A program made the position numbers and the translations under genes. 64,000 nucleotides of DNA, taken from Corallochytrium limacisporum Hawaii (lineage: Eukaryota; Protista; Pluriformea). Numbering within the stretch: position 1 is the stretch's first letter; each line of letters begins with the position of its first letter. Shown here in pieces: positions 54,351 to 64,000 of this stretch. The notes beneath the pieces are model-generated. The model was not told the DNA's origin. It did no database searches and saw nothing but the letters and a program-made list of their open reading frames with translations. Where the stretch lies: NCBI GenBank assembly GCA_002811645.1, contig PDIP01000043.1, forward strand, positions 1 to 64,000, written 5' to 3'.

Positions 54351-55019
54351 CTAGAGCTGAAGCTTTTCAGAGCTCACTACGATACCATCTACATCGACCC
54401 AGCAGTAGTCACCTGGCATGAAGCGCACACCACCGAATTCGACGGGATAGTCCACTAGTCCTGTCTTGCGCTTGATGCATCGCACTGGTGATGTACCCAG
54501 AGCGCGAATACCGAGGGGCATCTCTGCCATCTCCAAGGTATCGCGAATGCATCCGTAGACAATGAGGCCGGTCCAGCCATTCTTCACCGCCAACTCTCCT
54601 AATTTGCCACCGGCAAGGGCGGTGCGGCCGCTGGCAGCCCCGTCGACGACCAGGATTGAGGGTTCATCAACTTTAGTGCTCACCATCCGACGGACCTCTC
54701 CATTGTCTTCATGACACTTGACCGTTCGAATCCTACCCTCGAACTCCATCTTTCCTCCATAGAAACGGAAAGGCACAGTGCCGTCGACCGCAAACAGCTT
54801 TGGCTGCACGCCGTTCTCGTAATCGTGATCGCCACGACCATGGTCGCCAAACTTGTCCCAAAGATCGGCGGTGTACACGGGACGGGAGCTCATGTTTCTG
54901 TAGTGCTGTTGTCGTATCAGTCCAGAGCACACTGCAGGTGAGATGCGATTTACACTTCCTTGGCGCAAGCCCTGCCGGATCAGGTGAGTGGTGCTGTGAA
55001 AAGCACGGGAAGTGAACAT
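54351..55019 (-). CDS. rraA: RraA / HMG-aldolase family protein with putative mitochondrial presequence
   Basis: TADLWD, TVKCHEDNG, LVVDG, GCIRD, GDYCWVDVDGIVV. An alternative start lies at 54893. Confidence 0.9.
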   Translation of the reverse strand: MFTSRAFHSTTHLIRQGLRQGSVNRISPAVCSGLIRQQHYRNMSSRPVYTADLWDKFGDHGRGDHDYENGVQPKLFAVDGTVPFRFYGGKMEFEGRIRTVKCHEDNGEVRRMVSTKVDEPSILVVDGAASGRTALAGGKLGELAVKNGWTGLIVYGCIRDTLEMAEMPLGIRALGTSPVRCIKRKTGLVDYPVEFGGVRFMPGDYCWVDVDGIVVSSEKLQL

Positions 55020-55669
55020 TGTATGGTCTTACCAACTATATCGGCTCTTAATCCCGTCTTCGATCTGTACTCGGACTCTTATCATGAAACAAGTACCTTG
55101 TGCTCGGACAAAAGTTGCGGGACAGCCCAGCCCCCGTATCACGACACAACTGTGGACCCATATTCCCCACCTTTCCTCATTCTGCAAAACGAGAGCAAAA
55201 AGCCACGACAGACGAGTGCGAGTTCGGTAGTGAACCTTGGCCGTCACACTTACCTATTTTTTCGTTTGGTCTCTCCGCTTGAAGTAAGCAATTCCGATGA
55301 ATAGTGGCCCATTTCCCTTCCCTCCCCCCCTCCCTTCGTTTCTTCCTCCGAGGAGTCCCGTGCTCCACTGATCACACCGGTGAATCCCCCCCCCCCCCCC
55401 CCCGGGCGGGCCACCGGCAGCGACGCGAACACCGTCTCGTGTTACCGTACTGCCGGGCCTGTTTGCCGAATCTCGTGTGTAGGGTGACCAGGCCCATATT
55501 AGATTCCGTGGCTTGTGCGGAGCGGGAACAAAAAAAAAATTCCCTTCTTTCCGAAAACACTGTGCAAATTTTTCTTCGAGTCTAGTCTACAGCGTCGTTT
55601 GTCATTAAAAACTAGGGTGTTTGTTGTATTCAACATGTTCTTTTTTATACCTAAATTATTCCGAGGCTT

Positions 55670-56950
55670 TCACTCCACGTCCATCGCCGTTATGGAGGCA
55701 CGGGCCAGTGCAGAGCGAGGTTTGCAGCCTCTCGGGGCCGCGAACATCGGCTTACCACTGTTGCCGCAGAGGACCTGGGCGTACAGTTCCCTTTCCGCTG
55801 CCTTGCGAATGTGCTTGGTGATCGGTCCGTTCAAACCGGGGGTGCTCGAGTCCAAGGACCGTTCCTCTGCAACATGCTGCAGTGTGTGCTGCAGCTGTGC
55901 ATCGCTCATCGCACGGATATCTCCGAGGTCGAGTTTACGCCATGGCTTAGACAAGGGCATCACAGGTTCGTCTGAACCCCGTGGGCTACACGACGCTGAG
56001 GACGACGCTCCAACTGAACCATCCCCAGAGCTGCGCTGTCTTAAGTTCCGCGTCAGGCGCACCGGATCCGCGGACCCGCGTGGGCTGCCCCGGGGGCTGC
56101 CCAAGGGCGCAGACGAGGCTCCATCTCTAGAGTCATGTAGCTTGGGGTGGCGTGCGCCTGATAGCAACGATGACCGCAGGCTGGGCGGACCTCCAAGGCT
56201 AGAACGAACCCCTAAACTGGAGTGGCCATCCAAACTAGACCGGAAGGAGCTGGTGTTCGAGCCGCTGTTGCGCTCGTCTCCGGACAACGGATCTTGCTCG
56301 CGAGGCGCGACCCCCTTGCCCTCGGTAATGAATTCAAACAGTTTCCGTTCGGCTGTGGTCCTTGTCTTCGAAGTAATTGGTGAGATTACGCCAGGAATCC
56401 GTGGGTCCAGGTTCTCCGTCTCGGCCAGCGATCGAAGAATATCCTGCAGTTCTCTGTCGCTCAATTTGATAATGCGAGTCTTGTCTAGTGTCTGCCAGTG
56501 TGGAATCATTGACGGATTAAGTTTCATCTGTGATTTTGTGCCCGAGAATGCTCCTGTGGGCGTGCGTCGAATGCCATTGTTCGGGTCTGTCACGCCAGAG
56601 CGGCGCGTGGTTGGCGAATGGGACCCGGTGCGGAAGAGGGCACCGGGACGATCGCATCCCGAAGAACGCAACATTTCCGGTGACCCAGTGCTACTACGGG
56701 TCGTCGTTGGTCGCATCCACAATGGCTTTACCTCGTGGGTCTCTCTCAATTTCTTGTCTGCAATCGGCTTTGCTCCAATTTCCACAAGCCGCCGAATGAT
56801 GGCCGGTCTTGTGCTGGCCGTAAAGGCCCCCGGAATACTATGCATTAACATGAGCGAGCGCAGCTCTGCGTCACTCAAATCCTGAAATTTGTTAACCTCA
56901 TCCTTGGATTGCCTCGTGGGCATTCGTATCCGTTTTGTTAAACTTGTCAT
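55670..56950 (-). CDS. Ser/Arg-rich protein with three LEM-like repeats and no TM helix
   Basis: LSDAELRSLM..IPGAFTASTRPAIIRRL; LSDRELQDIL...SPITSKTRTTAERKL; MSDAQLQHTL...GPITKHIRKAAEREL. Confidence 0.75.
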   Translation of the reverse strand: MTSLTKRIRMPTRQSKDEVNKFQDLSDAELRSLMLMHSIPGAFTASTRPAIIRRLVEIGAKPIADKKLRETHEVKPLWMRPTTTRSSTGSPEMLRSSGCDRPGALFRTGSHSPTTRRSGVTDPNNGIRRTPTGAFSGTKSQMKLNPSMIPHWQTLDKTRIIKLSDRELQDILRSLAETENLDPRIPGVISPITSKTRTTAERKLFEFITEGKGVAPREQDPLSGDERNSGSNTSSFRSSLDGHSSLGVRSSLGGPPSLRSSLLSGARHPKLHDSRDGASSAPLGSPRGSPRGSADPVRLTRNLRQRSSGDGSVGASSSASCSPRGSDEPVMPLSKPWRKLDLGDIRAMSDAQLQHTLQHVAEERSLDSSTPGLNGPITKHIRKAAERELYAQVLCGNSGKPMFAAPRGCKPRSALARASITAMDVE

Positions 56951-57006
56951 GGTTGCGTTGTGATATCTATGGTTGGTACTTCTAGCTCTGTTTCTGAGTA
57001 TGTCTT

Positions 57007-57261
57007 CTAACCTGCTTGCCAGCGCAGAGTTGCTTCGCCTGTGCCAGAGCTTCGTTTGGCGGCCTCCTTCTCAATCTTCTCCTGCTGCAGCTGTTTACGA
57101 CGGATCTCGTCCGGATTCTTTACACCCTTGGACGCCTGCTGATCTGCCCGGCGCTGGGCTGCTTCTGCTCTCTGTTCCCTGCGCGCTGTCAGTTCCTCGG
57201 TACTCAAAGCACGTCCAGAATTGTCTTTGTCTTCTCTACACAGTCCACAACAATTTCCCAT
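57007..57261 (-). CDS. SVIP: Small VCP/p97-interacting protein
   Basis: 84 aa; MGNCC acylation start, VIM-like RREQRAEAAQRR, C-terminal LRW. Confidence 0.85.
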   Translation of the reverse strand: MGNCCGLCREDKDNSGRALSTEELTARREQRAEAAQRRADQQASKGVKNPDEIRRKQLQQEKIEKEAAKRSSGTGEATLRWQAG

Positions 57262-60200
57262 GGTATGCCAAGACGTTCGTGCAAATCTCTTATAGCATTT
57301 GGGACTTCCAAATGCGGTACCCTTGGTTGCTCCTTTTGAGTCTTGCATCCAGAACCCGTCTCCACAGTGAGGGTATATATCCTTGAATAGCTTCGGATAG
57401 ATTGTTCCTACGTGATGCTCAACGCGGTCAGATTGACCCAGTCCTTTCGCTCTCACACAAACATCGTCACTAATCTACACACAAAAGGACAAACGCGCCT
57501 TTTGCATTCGAAAGTTACAACAGAATCCGTTTGCCAGGTGTCCGTGGGTCCACCACAGTTAATCGCGGTCCCCAAATGTGTCGTCCTGTTGGGTGTCAAT
57601 GGCTCTCCTAAAACGTGTGTATGTGTGTAGGAAAGGGCTTTATCTTTTCTCTGCTTCATTCGGTCTCGCCCCCCCTCCCCTTATCGGATATCTCTCTCAC
57701 CGTCACTGCATCACATCACCGCACCAAGAGTCCGGTACCCAATGTATGGTGGTGAGGTATGCCAAAATACACCGTCCATCGGGTTGGGTGTGTGACCCTC
57801 CCCCCTTTCTCTTCCCCTTCCCCCTCCCCGGTCCCAGCAAGAGAAACCCCGAAGAGCACGAGTGGACACATTCACATTGACCAGCTGACACCACACAACA
57901 CAAGCACAAAGACCAACGATTTAATGAGCCATTGCCTGACGGTGGGCAAAGACCGACCAAAATTACAACACACCCAGTTGCAAAACTGTCCAGGGCTTTT
58001 AGAATCTCGTGCCCAAATCTCCGTGGACAATGAATGCATCACACTCATACAAGACTGACAACTCCGTGGCTTGATCACCGTGGCGCCTCTCGTTTCCCCT
58101 CCCCCCCCCTTTTTCCTTTTGTTCTGCCCCTTCCAGCCTTCCCTCTCTTCTTCCCCACCGGTCACATGAGCGCGTACGCCAGCCATACAAGAGAAGAAGG
58201 CAAAAAGTTCACGCACCATAAAAAAAAATAACTACGCACACGTACCCCCCCTTCCTCCCTGTCAGGCTACTCGACACGCATGAAAGAATTAATCCCGTAC
58301 CAACCGTTCCCCCTTCCCCCCCCTCCTCCATCCCTCTTCTCCTCACCGTCGTTGGCTTCCCTTCCCCACTGGCCCCACCCCCAACACCCATTACACTGTT
58401 CTTGAAAAACCTACGGGTTTTCTTTCTGTGGTCCGTGGGGGAGAGGGTTGTTTTTTTCTATTTGCTTTCTTTTTCTCCATTTTCTCCATTTTTTTCTTTC
58501 TTTCTTTCTTTCTTTTTGTACTTGCGTTCTTTCCCCCCTCCCCTTTCTCCCGCATGGCCGTGACCTCCGAAAAAGGACCCGACCCGACCCGTGCTGATAG
58601 AGTGTGTGGTTCCCCAAGTTTTGCTAGGCTCCCATCGTCCTGGGGTGTTATATGGGGCCCGATAGAGTGCCTTTAGGGTCCCATGTAGTGCCGTGTTATG
58701 TGTTGTGCGTGTGTGACCCCCGTACCCCCCCCCCTTTTTTTTTCTCCTTTTGTCTTTTGGATTGGCTGGGTCTCTTGGCTGCTTGCTGCTGTTGGTGGTG
58801 TGCCTCGCCATTCCTCTGTTTGTGTCGATGTGTGTGACCTTCCCCAACCAGCCACCAAAAGAAGACACATGATAACCGAAGTCCGCACCGCACCGCAACA
58901 ACACCGAACCAACCGCATATATTGGGTATACATTTTTCCGCCTTACTTCCGCCCCGGGGGGGGGGGGTGACACACGCACCACCCGTGCCCTTTTTCTTTC
59001 TCCGCTGTTTGATTCAAGTCTACCCGCCACCCCTGTCGATCCGCCGAAAAGGGACCGAATTGCAAGATCGACCCATCGTTCCATTTTTTCCTCCTTTGTG
59101 TCCATGAGCCGCAAAGAATGTGAAAATTTGGGGAGCACTGGGTTAAAAAAAATGGGGAGGTGGGATGATAAAACTATCCGCACAAACAGAGGCTCCCTCA
59201 CACACGAACCATAAGGCCCAGTGGGAATCGCTTCGATTACTTCATCCTCATGCCATACACATCCCATACACACCCGTGCACAATGTACAGAGCGATGCTC
59301 CCTCTTACCCATTCATATTCAACACAATCATCCAAAGCTGGTGTCTCGTGTGTGTGTGTGTGCGTGTGGGTATCGTGAAACCAAACCCGAAACTTAAAAC
59401 AGTCTGGGGCTTGTCCGTCATGACTGTCGTTTTCTCTTTTCCCGTCGCTGTCTGCTTGTCTGTCTGTCTGTCTGTCTCTCTATGGATATCTGTCGGGTGG
59501 GGTTATGTTGTTATTTTGGTCCTCTTTCGTCCGTATCCCCTCTTCTTCTCCTCCTCCTCCTCCTCCTTTTCCTTTCGTTTTATTTTACTTCTTCCTCTCG
59601 TCCACTCTCTGCTTTTGTCATTGCAAACGTTATTAGAGCCTTTTCAGCAAAGGTCCTTGCTTGAATCACTCTCTGTTTGCAAGAGGTGTGGTGGCCGCGC
59701 GCACCAGAAATGGTCATTACCTCACCCAGAATACTAAATTGCCCTTACCCAGTTTCACTTGGACCCACGAGAGGCCCGCACTTTTTGCCACATTCGTGAC
59801 CAAGAGGACGTAACAATTACTACTGTGTAATCTGTTCACCCTTGCCATGGCCCACGAAATGGCAATGGGGACACGTCTAACGTCGCTTGGGAGGAGTATA
59901 CGAGCTCCAAGCATTCATATGGCATATGGCTGGAGATTATGACCATAGATAGGAGCCAGGTCGTGTGTGTACACTGAGAAGGCCTGATCGGAGGAGAAGG
60001 TGTGAGAGTTCACCATGGTACACAACAGGCCCCCTCTCCTCTTTCGGGCCACACACACAACAACATGCACTGGTCCCCTTTAACCCTGGGCACATTGCTT
60101 TCAACGCTGTGGAAGACTTGGGAAGCGATGATGCCGGGTGGCGCGGGGCGGTGGTCGACTGGGGAATGTCGGAAGTGGGAGAGAGGGACGGCAGAAGGGG

Positions 60201-60313
60201 GGGGGGTGGCGGTGGAGACAGCCTTCGCCATTGGTCGACACGACTCGCGTAGTAATTGAATGGATGAACGCGTGTGTGTCAGAGGGTATTCGAGCATTAA
60301 AGAGGGAGGAAAT

Positions 60314-60342
60314 CCCCCCCGGGGGGGGGGGGCGCGCGCGCG
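60314..60342. repeat. C7G12 palindrome followed by (CG)5
   Basis: Direct reading. Confidence 0.9.
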
Positions 60343-61260
60343 ACATAATAGAGAGCTTGATGCCCAAGGCGTTATTACATCGCGCGATCAAAAAAAAGAT
60401 CCACTGGTGATGACTCATGTCGCTCTCGCAGAGGAGCAGGGAGCTGCTGCAGGCAGCAGCAAATTAAAAGAAACAACAACCAAAACTTTCCCCAGGCGGA
60501 ACCAAAAAAAAAAAGAAAACAACAACAAAGAAAGCGGGGAGGGTGGCAAGGAAGCCCTGCCGAATGCGGGCGAAAGCAGGCGAGCGCAGGCAGAGAGTGG
60601 CGGTTTCGATACCGAGAAAATCACAACTGACACAGTCGTAGTTCAGCTCGCACTTTGACTGTTTCAGTGAAGAAAATTAATCATTCTGTCCTCCCTAGCA
60701 CATTCCCGTGCCCTGCTTTGGCCTTAACCGACACTGGTCCCATTAATACCTATAATATTCTTGTAATTTGTCATTGTTTTATTATCATAATTTCACAGCT
60801 ATTATTCTACGTTGTCCTGAATGGGAGGCTTGGAAATGGCCCCAACGATGACGCCGAGAACAAAGAAAAAAAGGAAAAGAGAGAGAGAGAGACGGGAAGA
60901 AAAAAATTCTTTCTTAGATCACTCCCCTCCCTCCTTTTTCTACCGGCCAGCCGTCTCTTCTCTCTGCTACTCAGTCGCGCCGGCGGGGACCTCCCTCCCC
61001 TTCCACTCTCCCGCATCCCCTTCCCAAAACTCTACTGCTGGCTCTCTGTTTTTGTTTGAAAAAGGGGATGAAAAAAATATTAGTGGCACATGGCCTGGGT
61101 ATTACACTGATCGCAAAAGGGCCCCCCCTTGGAGGAGGAAGGGAGGGGTTAGGGTGCTTTATAGTACCGAACTACGCATCGAACCTGGGGCACGCGAGCA
61201 CGGGCGGGCAGTAGCGGTGGGAGACTGGTACGGTGCGACGTACGCGCGGTGGTAGTGGAG

Positions 61261-61296
61261 AGAGAGACAGAGAGACAGAGAGACAGAGACAGAGAG
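61261..61296. repeat. GA-rich microsatellite (GAGACA/GAGAGACA units)
   Basis: Direct reading. Confidence 0.8.
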
Positions 61297-62132
61297 AAAA
61301 AGAGAGGGTAGGGTTAAATGTTTATGGGCACTTGGCCTGAGTTCCCTAATACCGAATGAAGCAAGAATCAGGACACCAGGAGTGCGACGAGTGACACAAA
61401 ACCGGTTGCAGTGTGACACACACACACCCCTTGAAACCGTTATGGACAAACAAGCGAAAAGATGACACTGGCCTGGGGCTAGCACTATGCGCCAGGCCGG
61501 CGAGAAGGACCGGTTCATAAATAAGGCCCGGGGTACACCAAAAAAGGGATGACCAGGCCAGAGGGGGTTCACACACACACTCACTCACACACAGCATTAT
61601 CTCTGAATCCGCACTGCCACATACACACACACACACGCATGCTGCACTCCGCCCATACACTTACTATATACTAACGGACAGCGAAATGCGGCAGGGAGCC
61701 TTTCGGTGCACGGGCCCGTCTGGGAAAGACGGGGACCTATTTTATGGCTCGCAGCCCGTTTGCCTTGATGGAGAGTGGTTTCGGGTACCCACCCCCAACC
61801 CAACCATGGCCCACATACCCACCATGGCACCAGCAGTACCCCAACGGCCCCGGTGGGGCTGGACTGGGCTGGTGGGCTTCTAGAACCCGGGAACGGGTGG
61901 TCTGCTCTAGCTACGATCGCCGCTTGCTGCGCTTGGTAACACTTGCCGGGCTTGAGTTGGTGGTAGAGCGAGAGAGTGAGTGAGTGAGTGAGTGAGTGAA
62001 AAGTGGTTTTGGTGGAAAAGAAAATAGGTCCGTCGGGCTTATTGTGCCACATAGTGAGAACAGCAGAAGTTTGGGCGGAGGGGAGGGGGGTTGAGAGGGG
62101 TAGCAGAGCAAGAGAGAGCAGACGGTCCGGTC

Positions 62133-62158
62133 AACCCCCCCCCGGGCGGGGGGGGGTT
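62133..62158. repeat. Inverted repeat AA-C9-GGGC-G9-TT
   Basis: Perfect 11-bp stem with a 4-nt loop. Confidence 0.9.
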
Positions 62159-62849
62159 GGGCTAGGCTGGGTTGGGTTTCGGACTTGACAGACGGACTAC
62201 TGGACAGTGTGGGTTTGCTTGGTGGTGCTCCAGGGTCTGGGGGGGTGATGACGGGGCTGGGTGGATTAGGCTACTGAGTGCACCACCATTGCCGCCCATG
62301 TAATCACCATGCTCTCCTCCCCGGATTCTTCCATCGTGCAGACGTCTCTATCTATCTCTCCCTCTCTCACGTCTCGTCGCTGGTGTTCAGTTTTGGTCTT
62401 CCCGACCCTTGGGAAGACACCCCCTCCACGGCAATGGGTACCCGAAACGGGTACTTTGCCTACCACTCTGTGCCACGGTAAGAACGCAAAAGAAAAGGAA
62501 ACAGTGGTGGTGGTGGTGTAGAACGGTTTTGATTGCCTTTTTCTGGTCGGTCTGCGGTAGTGTAGGGGTAGGTTCGATTGGAGGAGGACAAAACAGCCCC
62601 GCCCGTCTTCCTTTCCCGGATCGTTTGATCTCTCTCTTCTTTTTCTTGTTTGTTCAACCAAACGCCCACTGGTATTATACTGTACCCCAGTGTTTATTCT
62701 ATTATCTTACTCTCCGGATGTACATAGGTCAGGATCCGCGCACTCAAACGTTTCGTTTGATCGTGTATGAAAGACACAACGGCCTCCCTTCCCTTTTCGC
62801 CCTTTTCAAAACCCACTCCTGCGCCTGCGCAGTGTGTGTGTGGGGGGGG

Positions 62850-63370
62850 NNNNNNNNNNNNNNNNNNNNNNNNNNNNNNNNNNNNNNNNNNNNNNNNNNN
62901 NNNNNNNNNNNNNNNNNNNNNNNNNNNNNNNNNNNNNNNNNNNNNNNNNNNNNNNNNNNNNNNNNNNNNNNNNNNNNNNNNNNNNNNNNNNNNNNNNNNN
63001 NNNNNNNNNNNNNNNNNNNNNNNNNNNNNNNNNNNNNNNNNNNNNNNNNNNNNNNNNNNNNNNNNNNNNNNNNNNNNNNNNNNNNNNNNNNNNNNNNNNN
63101 NNNNNNNNNNNNNNNNNNNNNNNNNNNNNNNNNNNNNNNNNNNNNNNNNNNNNNNNNNNNNNNNNNNNNNNNNNNNNNNNNNNNNNNNNNNNNNNNNNNN
63201 NNNNNNNNNNNNNNNNNNNNNNNNNNNNNNNNNNNNNNNNNNNNNNNNNNNNNNNNNNNNNNNNNNNNNNNNNNNNNNNNNNNNNNNNNNNNNNNNNNNN
63301 NNNNNNNNNNNNNNNNNNNNNNNNNNNNNNNNNNNNNNNNNNNNNNNNNNNNNNNNNNNNNNNNNNNNNN
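62850..63370. other. Assembly gap flanked by G- and C-runs
   Basis: Ns in the sequence. Confidence 0.99.
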
Positions 63371-64000
63371 CCCCCCCCGGGGGCCTCCTTCTCTCTCCCG
63401 TGTGTATCAGTCCCCCCTCGCCACCACCTCCCCCTCCCCCTACGCCCGCATTTTTCTTTTTATTAATCTTTGCTTTGTGTGTGTGTGTGTGCGGGAGAGA
63501 CCCGCCCCGGAGGGGGGGGGGCCGAAAGAGAGAGAGTGAGAGAGAGAGGCGAAAAAAAGGCGAAAAAAAAGGAGAGAGATCCGGCGCCCGGGGCGGTCTC
63601 CCCGGGCACTGGCGTGGATCCCTCATCGCTCTGCGGCGGGCCACGGGTCCCGGGTCCGGCAGGGCCGGAGGGTCTCTGCACGGGATGAAACCTGAGTTGA
63701 TGGTGGGTTCTTCGTAGACGACAGCGTGATGACAAGTGTCAAGAATGGGCCTTTGATTACGATATTGTGCTGGAGCGATTTACCGACGCTGGTGGCGTAT
63801 CGAGGTCATCCTTCATTAGGCTATTTCTCACGTCCAGATGGCCCCTCATCTTCCTCGGTCGGCATTTCCTCTTCACATCTGAGGATAATCCATAGGTGGT
63901 CATTCCAGAGAACAGTAGCCTTTTCGTTTGCAGGATCCGTACCCACTGTATTTGCTGGAGGTCGATAAAGCGGAAACAGTAATGTCGGAACTAACCGACA

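Noticed and set aside
55515-56885. 456-aa plus-strand ORF
   Set aside because: Antisense shadow of the low-complexity triple-LEM gene; non-ATG start and no motifs.
56950-57012. SVIP-LEM fusion by readthrough or splicing
   Set aside because: The 56-nt gap is out of frame, and only a weak GAG acceptor would restore it.
57262-57456. N-terminal extension of SVIP in the ORF track
   Set aside because: Non-ATG start; SVIP homology and the MG acylation signal require the start at 57261.
59960-60010. TPP riboswitch (CTGAGA followed by CCTGAT)
   Set aside because: Lacks the downstream AATGCC.GCG.AGGGA core and the required stems.
63726-63968. Short ORF at the right edge
   Set aside because: No recognisable motifs; cannot be judged without downstream sequence.
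1-64000. Transposase, reverse transcriptase or viral-insertion block around the gp2.5-like gene
   Set aside because: No such motifs seen; the neighbours are ordinary eukaryotic genes, so the gene looks domesticated rather than part of a provirus.

Overview
Compact eukaryotic genomic DNA with about 25 protein-coding genes, three assembly gaps, and no tRNA, rRNA, CRISPR array or recognisable transposon. Almost all coding regions are single-exon. The conserved proteins (PP2A-C, Rpt5/PSMC3, DLST, WDR26, DSCC1, HAUS1, SVIP, an RNF19-like RBR ligase) look animal-like, yet non-animal genes (OPT transporter, RraA, bacterial-type cupin) are also present. I infer an intron-poor unicellular holozoan such as Corallochytrium; this is not proven. 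Genes sit mostly in tight convergent pairs, separated by larger divergent spacers that carry a recurrent C(n)G(n) palindrome. The most striking observation is a gene at 26292-27311 encoding a mitochondrial presequence fused to a domain that matches phage T7 gp2.5-type single-stranded-DNA-binding proteins; mitochondria normally use a bacterial-type SSB. Also notable: a soluble protein with three LEM-like repeats only 56 nt downstream of SVIP; a divergent pair of CaaX-tailed ankyrin proteins; a signal-anchored PPP-like phosphatase beside PP2A; very short candidate introns clustered at start codons (one could toggle mitochondrial targeting of RraA); and a possible telomeric truncation at the left edge. 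All family calls come from motif recognition by eye, without database searches.
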